From a virus, in the IMG/VR virus record IMGVR_UViG_3300013126_000010, positions 1-64,000 of that record: DNA of 64,000 nt, one strand, 5' to 3'. The notes below the pieces were generated by a model. The model was not told where the DNA came from and searched no databases. It saw only the letters and a list, made by a program, of their open reading frames with translations. Positions 58,189 to 64,000 of this stretch are shown here, one piece after another. Both the position numbers and the translations under genes were made by a program. Every line of letters starts with the position of its first letter. The first letter of the stretch is position 1.

Positions 58189-58212
58189 ATACATTAATTA
58201 AAGGAATAAAAG

Positions 58213-59700
58213 ATGCCATACAGTATTAATAAATTTGATGGTACCACGGTAACAGTAGTAGAAGATGGTACATTAAATTCAACATTAGATATTAAATTAT
58301 TTGGTAGAGATTATCCAGGATATGGTGAAATTCAAAATGAAAATTTTGTATTCATGCTGGAAAATTTTGCTGGAACCACTCCACCACCACGTCCATTAAA
58401 CGGGCAGATATGGTACGATACATCAGCCAAGAGAATCAAATATTATGAGCAGGTAAGCCAAACCTGGAGGTCGTCAGGGGGCACCGAGGTTTCTGCTACA
58501 CCACCAGTCGGGTTGGCACTAGGTGACCTGTGGTGGGACTCTACTGAGCTTAAATTATATGTTAAAGGTGCATATGGGTTTACCTTAATTGGTCCACAAA
58601 GTGTTTATAATTTTGGACAAACACAATTGAAATCTCGTGGTGTTATCGACGAGTTCAACACAACTCATGCAGTCATTGAAACATGGACAGATGGTCAGAT
58701 TGTTAATGTTATCGCAAGTGATGCTTTCACATTACATTCATCAATAATTACTGAATATTCTGGAAGATTGACTTATATCAAAAAAGGATTGAATTTAGCA
58801 TTCACTGATGATAATGGAGTATCAACTGTATCAGATACAAGATATTGGGGGACAAGCAGTGATGCCGATAGACTTGGTGGACATTTGGCTAGTGATTATT
58901 TATTAGCATCTGGTGCACATTTTCAAGATGCAGGGTATTTTCTTGGCAATGACAATGATTTACACGTATACATGTCTGGAACAAATGCAGACATTTCGAC
59001 GCATTATCCAATAATTGAAAATACAGTATCAAATAAAATTGGATTCACTGTTCGTGATAATGCAACTGCAGTTACTCCATTATTAATCAATGGTTCAGAA
59101 GTTATCCCAGGAATCACTAATTCTGTAAACTTAGGATCATCGACTTATACATTTAACACGGTCTATGCAAATAACGTAATTGGAACTGCATCTGCAGCTG
59201 ATTCATTAAAAGTTTTAACATCTACTACATCAATCTATTCAGTTGCTACCACTGGTCCTACTATAAATTCAATAGCAGCTAGAGATTCCGATGGTAATCT
59301 ATCTGCTAATATATTTAATGGTGTCGCAACATCTGCTAGATTTGCAGACTTGGCAGAAAAATATATTCCTGATGCAGACTATGAAGTTGGTACCGTTGTT
59401 GTAATTGGTGGCGAAAAAGAGATCACTGCATCCAATTGGGTAGGACAACGTGCGATTGGTGTAATTTCTGGTAATCCTGCTTTTATGATGAATAGTGAAT
59501 TAGAAGATGGTGTTTATGTTGCTCTTAAAGGTAGAGTACCAGTGCGAGTTCATGGTCCGATAGGAAAAGGTGATCGGTTGATGGCATCTACTATTGGCGC
59601 AGCATCGAGATGCAATGAATTTTATGAAAATACATTTGCTATAGCATTAGAAAGTTCTGATGTAAGTGGTATTGTAACAATAGAAGCAGTGATATTATAA
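58213..59700 (+). CDS. Tail fibre paralog with peptidase G2-like chaperone domain
   Basis: MPYSINKFDGT...ENFVFMLENFA; ADLAEKY...VALKGRVPVRV; late promoter TATAAATA at 58184-58191. Confidence 0.78.
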   Translation: MPYSINKFDGTTVTVVEDGTLNSTLDIKLFGRDYPGYGEIQNENFVFMLENFAGTTPPPRPLNGQIWYDTSAKRIKYYEQVSQTWRSSGGTEVSATPPVGLALGDLWWDSTELKLYVKGAYGFTLIGPQSVYNFGQTQLKSRGVIDEFNTTHAVIETWTDGQIVNVIASDAFTLHSSIITEYSGRLTYIKKGLNLAFTDDNGVSTVSDTRYWGTSSDADRLGGHLASDYLLASGAHFQDAGYFLGNDNDLHVYMSGTNADISTHYPIIENTVSNKIGFTVRDNATAVTPLLINGSEVIPGITNSVNLGSSTYTFNTVYANNVIGTASAADSLKVLTSTTSIYSVATTGPTINSIAARDSDGNLSANIFNGVATSARFADLAEKYIPDADYEVGTVVVIGGEKEITASNWVGQRAIGVISGNPAFMMNSELEDGVYVALKGRVPVRVHGPIGKGDRLMASTIGAASRCNEFYENTFAIALESSDVSGIVTIEAVIL

Positions 59701-59710
59701 GGATAAATGA

Positions 59711-62278
59711 ATGGCATCTGGTCAAGGTCAAATAGTTCAAACCACAGATTTTAATACCTTTAGGCAGGATTTTTACAATGTTTTTGGTACCGGATCAAAT
59801 AATTCTGGATATGGTCAACCGGTGACTGCAATAAGTGGTGCGATTGGTGGATTAATATCATCGACAGTGTGGTCATCATTGCGGTTAGACATGATTAAAG
59901 CAAGGCAGCATCAAACTGGACTGACAATAGGTGCATTGGGATTACAAGATGGAAATAATTTGGTCCCCATTACACAATCAACTATTATCACAGATGACAT
60001 AAGAGCACAGTATAGTAATTTTTCAAATCTAGTAGTATCCAACAAAGATCAAGTACATGTAGGTCAGTTAACCAGAACATCTCTTTTGTCTGCATCAAGA
60101 ACAACTGCATGGAATTTAATACTTAATCAAACAATTACATTTTCTGCGCCAGCAACTGGGGACGGTACTAGAAATAATTTTAGATATTTTTTTAATACTG
60201 GTGGTAAATTATCGTTTGATTTTTCAAGAACTGGTGGCACATCTTCTGCTAAAAATACTTTTTGGTCCAATTTATTAACATCTATTGGAACATTATCATT
60301 TGGTAGCAATGGTTTTGAACGTGGAGCACCAAGCTTTGGAACTATTGGGGCTGGTGGTACTATTTCATCAATTAGTTTTTATGATTTATCATTGAACAAC
60401 ACACAATTATTTTCAATCACTGGTTCTGGTGCAGATACTGGATCGTATTTTAAAATATATGGAAGATATCAATCTGATAAATTAATTATTACGTTAGTAT
60501 GGAACGAGCCTAGTACAGCAACCACTGTTACCGGATCATTGAATTCAGTTGTGTCTATGCACACGGCATCTGGGGTTAATGTATCAGTATTACCGTTGAC
60601 TGCTGCTGATAGTGGAATATTAGGTGGAGTTGCAACACCACCTGCAGCAGTACTAACAACATCAAGTATACCTGCATCAATCAATGAAGGTGACAGCTTG
60701 AGTATTACTATTAGTTATAATGATTCTACCACCTCATCTATAAACTGGTTGTTAGTTGGTAGCGGAACAAAGCCAGCAGATTCTTCTGATATGACATCAG
60801 TAGTAAATTCCGGGACACTGACTCTTGATTCTTCTAAAAAAACAATACTAACATTACAACCATATAACGACATGATAACAGAGGGTGTTGAGAAATTTTA
60901 CATTAAATTCACTAATCCTGCCGGAGATGTATTAGGGAATACATCTGTTATAACGATCAATGATACTTCACCATATTTAATTACCACTGATAAAACAGAT
61001 TATAGAAATAATGATGTTATAAATTATACAATATCAACATCTGATAGAGGAATTGGGAATACAGTATATATTGGGGTTACTGGTGACGGAGTAGTGAATG
61101 GTATTGTTCCAACAACTGATATTACTGGATATATACCATCACCATTAGATTCTAAAACATTTACTACTACATCAGTGACTGGTTCATTCACTATTTCTCC
61201 TAACGCAGTAATGGATGGATGGTCAGTACCAGGAACATCGTTAACATATAAAGTTGGTTATATTTATATCACCGATGTTAGTGTTTCTGGTACAGTATTA
61301 ACAAAATCACCCGAATTTAATATAATCTCACCAGCAGCATCACCCGTTGTTGTTAATGCAACTCTATCTGAAAATTTAACTACGATGGTTACTGCTGTTA
61401 ATTTTTCTGGTAGTACCGTGAATACCAACAATGGTGTGGTATTATATGCAGTAATTACTGGTAAAGTAACTGAGAGTATTACTGGTTCGTTGACTCAACC
61501 AGTCACTGTAAATAATAATATGATATCTGGTCATTACGATGTTAATATAACAGCAATTGATAAACCGGGTGTAATTAGTATCAGGATAGTTCCTGATAAT
61601 CCAGCAACTGAAGTAGGCAGAACTGAATTATTCACTGTTAAAGGACATGGCACTGTTCTGTATAATAATACTGGAACATTTTCATTTGTTTCTCAGAGCA
61701 CGAGTGTTGAATTAACCTATCCGAATGAGATTGGCGAGTTGATAACTAAAACAGTACCAGTAGTATTTGGAAAATCATATAATGTTGGGATTGGGGATTT
61801 TGGTGTCCCTTCTAAATTCGATAATACGTTATTACAGAATACCGGGGTTGATAAATTAATATTCTCATATTACGGTAAAATTGATAGAACTGATTATTTT
61901 ACATTTAATATTCATAGCGTCACTGGTCAGTCATTTACCTCTACATCAGGTAAACAAGATGATCATGTGTTGGCTGCTAGTAATGTTGGCTTAACATTAC
62001 TAGAAGATAGAGAAAAGTCATCTGGGGATCTTAAATCCACAATTTCAATATACCCGTTTAAATCAGAAGTGATGCAATATACTCCTGCTGTTTCAGTATA
62101 TTTGTCTGAGTTTAAGGGAAGAGATGGAAAATCTAGATTTCATTTTTCAGTTAAGCCTGCTTCCTCAAATAATTATCAATTATCATGCTCTGCAGATGAT
62201 GACCCAAGTAGCGGCAATGATAATTATAGGTATAGTGTATCAGTGAAAATGGTGCAATTTATTAAAATTAGTTGGTAA
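59711..62278 (+). CDS. Distal fibre / receptor-binding-like protein with Ig-like (Calx-beta-like) domains
   Basis: S/T/G rich; RYFFNTGGK motif; SINEGDSLSI...PYNDMITEGVEKF. Confidence 0.6.
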   Translation: MASGQGQIVQTTDFNTFRQDFYNVFGTGSNNSGYGQPVTAISGAIGGLISSTVWSSLRLDMIKARQHQTGLTIGALGLQDGNNLVPITQSTIITDDIRAQYSNFSNLVVSNKDQVHVGQLTRTSLLSASRTTAWNLILNQTITFSAPATGDGTRNNFRYFFNTGGKLSFDFSRTGGTSSAKNTFWSNLLTSIGTLSFGSNGFERGAPSFGTIGAGGTISSISFYDLSLNNTQLFSITGSGADTGSYFKIYGRYQSDKLIITLVWNEPSTATTVTGSLNSVVSMHTASGVNVSVLPLTAADSGILGGVATPPAAVLTTSSIPASINEGDSLSITISYNDSTTSSINWLLVGSGTKPADSSDMTSVVNSGTLTLDSSKKTILTLQPYNDMITEGVEKFYIKFTNPAGDVLGNTSVITINDTSPYLITTDKTDYRNNDVINYTISTSDRGIGNTVYIGVTGDGVVNGIVPTTDITGYIPSPLDSKTFTTTSVTGSFTISPNAVMDGWSVPGTSLTYKVGYIYITDVSVSGTVLTKSPEFNIISPAASPVVVNATLSENLTTMVTAVNFSGSTVNTNNGVVLYAVITGKVTESITGSLTQPVTVNNNMISGHYDVNITAIDKPGVISIRIVPDNPATEVGRTELFTVKGHGTVLYNNTGTFSFVSQSTSVELTYPNEIGELITKTVPVVFGKSYNVGIGDFGVPSKFDNTLLQNTGVDKLIFSYYGKIDRTDYFTFNIHSVTGQSFTSTSGKQDDHVLAASNVGLTLLEDREKSSGDLKSTISIYPFKSEVMQYTPAVSVYLSEFKGRDGKSRFHFSVKPASSNNYQLSCSADDDPSSGNDNYRYSVSVKMVQFIKISW

Positions 62279-62301
62279 AAAAGGGGCTGTACGCCCCTTT
62301 T
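62279..62301. terminator. Bidirectional intrinsic terminator between the fibre operon and thyA
   Basis: aaaaggggc-tgtac-gcccctttt. Confidence 0.88.
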
Positions 62302-62302
62302 G

Positions 62303-63148
62303 TTATACAGCCATTGGTGCTTTAATAAATGGATGGTGTTGATAATTAATTAATTTAATATCGTCCATTGTAAAGTCAAATATATTTTTTATATCAGGGT
62401 TTAACCACAACGTTGGTAGCTCATATGGATCTCTTGATAATTGGGTAATACAATGTGACATATGATTATTGTATATATGCAAATCACCGAATGTATGAAT
62501 AAATTCACCAACTTGTAAATCACATACTTGTGCAATCATATGTGTCAATAATGCATATGATGCGATATTGTATGTAACACCAAGAAATAAATCAGCACTG
62601 CGTTGATATAATTGACATGATAATTTGCCATCTCCTACATAGAATTGAAATAATGCATGACATGGATTCAATGACATTTGATCCACTTCTCCTGGATTAT
62701 AGTTAACAACAATATGTCTTCTACTATCAGGATCTTTTTTAATACCATCCACTAATTCTTGTAGTTGATCTAATGTTGTACCATCTGGTCTAATCCATGA
62801 ACGCATCTGTGCACCATAAATTCTACCACAATCCCCATCAAATGTTGCTTTGCTAACCCAATTGGGGGCATAGGCATTGTTAGTCCATATAGTCGTGTAA
62901 CTTAGATCACGAGAACCATGTAAAATTTCACATAATTCTCGTTCATCGACTGATCCACGTAAAAACCATAACAATTCTGATTTTACATTGTCAAATAATA
63001 ATTTTTTGGTAGTAACTGCTGGAAATCCATCTGATAAATTAAATCTACATTGATACCCGAACACACTGCGTGTTCCAGTATTAGTTCTATCAGATTTATC
63101 TAACCCATTATTCATCACATGGGTTATCATATTTAAATATTGGTGCAT
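62303..63148 (-). CDS. thyA: Thymidylate synthase
   Basis: GTRSVFG, SELLWFL, GRIYG, PDSRR, PCH catalytic Cys, YQRSADLFLG..NIASY, GDLHIY; GAGGAG RBS. Confidence 0.97.
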   Translation of the reverse strand: MHQYLNMITHVMNNGLDKSDRTNTGTRSVFGYQCRFNLSDGFPAVTTKKLLFDNVKSELLWFLRGSVDERELCEILHGSRDLSYTTIWTNNAYAPNWVSKATFDGDCGRIYGAQMRSWIRPDGTTLDQLQELVDGIKKDPDSRRHIVVNYNPGEVDQMSLNPCHALFQFYVGDGKLSCQLYQRSADLFLGVTYNIASYALLTHMIAQVCDLQVGEFIHTFGDLHIYNNHMSHCITQLSRDPYELPTLWLNPDIKNIFDFTMDDIKLINYQHHPFIKAPMAV

Positions 63149-63624
63149 CGTTTATACTCCTCTATTACACATGTTTCCATATCATGAGATTGTTGTAATT
63201 CAAATTCTTCTAAGAACTCAGATAGATTGATGAAGGTATCATTAACATACTCACCTGGAATTCTGGTTAGATATATACAATCTATGACCGGTAATGCTTG
63301 CATTAATATATTTGGACCACCAATAACATAAATTTGCTCATGATTATGATAGTTTTGTAAATGGAGTAATAGATCACAAACATCCCCATGTGCTTGGAGA
63401 ATATCTTCATTATCTACAAATTTATTTGTAATTAATACATTTGTTCTATTTGGTAATGGGACTGGCATATCGGTACACTCCCATGTTTTTTTACCCATCA
63501 CTACAGTATTATTCTGTGTTTTGTTTTTAAACCACATTAAATCTTGTTTATTTCGTGGCCATGGCATACTACCTTGAAAACCCATTCCACCAGTTTCATC
63601 GACTGCGAATATAGCATAAATCAT
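63133..63624 (-). CDS. folA: Dihydrofolate reductase
   Basis: GSMPWP...DLMWFKNKT...VVMGKKTW...LPNRTNVLIT...VIGG...IYLTRI. Confidence 0.95.
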   Translation of the reverse strand: MIYAIFAVDETGGMGFQGSMPWPRNKQDLMWFKNKTQNNTVVMGKKTWECTDMPVPLPNRTNVLITNKFVDNEDILQAHGDVCDLLLHLQNYHNHEQIYVIGGPNILMQALPVIDCIYLTRIPGEYVNDTFINLSEFLEEFELQQSHDMETCVIEEYKRCTNI

Positions 63625-63923
63625 AGATTATAGTGTGTTAAAAATTTGTTGGTTGAGTTTGATATATCATCTTTTATTTGTTCTAGATCAATATTGTATG
63701 AGACAGTTTTGACTTTATCCTTGTATTTTAATAAAAATTCATGTAAAGTTTCTTCCCAATAATTATCTTGTTTATCAATGGGGACTTCAAAGTTTTTATT
63801 ATTTTTAAATATTACAGACACTGATGCAATGTATTTTGATGGAAGCATGGGTTTTGAAGTTACCATGATCCCATCAAATATTTCATACCAGTATTCTTCA
63901 TTCAATACTGGATAATTTATCAT
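63621..63923 (-). CDS. Hypothetical protein (100 aa)
   Basis: ATGA-type overlaps with both neighbours. Confidence 0.7.
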   Translation of the reverse strand: MINYPVLNEEYWYEIFDGIMVTSKPMLPSKYIASVSVIFKNNKNFEVPIDKQDNYWEETLHEFLLKYKDKVKTVSYNIDLEQIKDDISNSTNKFLTHYNL

Positions 63924-64000
63924 ACTTTAGTTGATTTTTTACGATTAGAACGAGCAACGGATGGTTTTAACACAGCTTTGGGTGCATCTATGATAAGATC
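63920..64000 (-). CDS. 3' end of a gene truncated by the window edge
   Basis: Hand translation DLIIDAPKAVLKPSVARSNRKKSTKV*; its TGA overlaps the next ATG. Confidence 0.6.
   Translation of the reverse strand, partial: DLIIDAPKAVLKPSVARSNRKKSTKV

Noticed and set aside
53495-59700. Diversity-generating retroelement acting on fibre C-termini
   Set aside because: The two chaperone-domain copies differ at many non-adenine positions, and no reverse transcriptase or near-identical template repeat is in the window
3321-60684. Many short antisense or overlapping ORFs in the supplied track (e.g. 4146, 13237, 16453, 20539, 27546, 33049, 54733)
   Set aside because: They lie opposite or out of frame within clearly identified genes, lack RBS and motifs, and look like reverse-frame shadows
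62303-63148. thyA as a dCMP hydroxymethylase (modified-base pathway) or an intron-containing td
   Set aside because: Asn is retained in NIASY (hydroxymethylases have Asp), the gene is paired with DHFR, and the ORF is uninterrupted
63133-63148. DHFR-TS fusion by frameshift at their 16-nt overlap
   Set aside because: thyA has its own strong GAGGAG SD and there is no slippery heptamer
1-64000. Stop-codon reassignment, as in some jumbo phages
   Set aside because: Very long ORFs are intact in code 11, and TAA, TAG (e.g. 23158, 30115) and TGA (e.g. 34529, 29262) all end well-formed genes

Overview
64 kb slice of a large, AT-rich (~30% GC by eye) T4-like (Tevenvirinae-related, jumbo-type) myophage genome in the standard genetic code. 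It holds most of the virion morphogenesis genes: tail sheath, neck gp13/14/15, major capsid, scaffold, prohead protease, portal, tape-measure-like protein, gp26/gp51-like chaperones, and baseplate gp48/53/27/5/25/6. It also holds a 4526-aa baseplate protein and a tail-fibre paralog array. Also present are gp46/gp47 (Rad50/Mre11), a gp55-like late sigma factor, dNMP kinase, DHFR-thymidylate synthase and four free-standing homing endonucleases. No tRNA, CRISPR array or reverse transcriptase was seen. The main signals are in non-coding DNA. (1) A ~400-nt ORF-free, GC-enriched, hairpin-dense element (24650-25050) has its own minus-strand promoter, lies directly behind a stand-alone GIY-YIG catalytic domain and an AT-hook protein, and is followed by an AT-rich inverted-repeat zone (candidate structured ncRNA and/or RNA-primed origin). 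(2) A T TTT TTC -1 slippery site with a 3' stem would fuse the gp26-like and gp51-like ORFs, like lambda gpG/gpGT. (3) Two hairpins contain the late promoter (ATAAATA) at their centre/loop while the 3' arm covers the RBS; one is a perfect 46-bp palindrome. (4) A 34-bp bipartite promoter motif is shared by the putative ncRNA and the late sigma gene. Protein calls come from motif recognition only; no searches were run.
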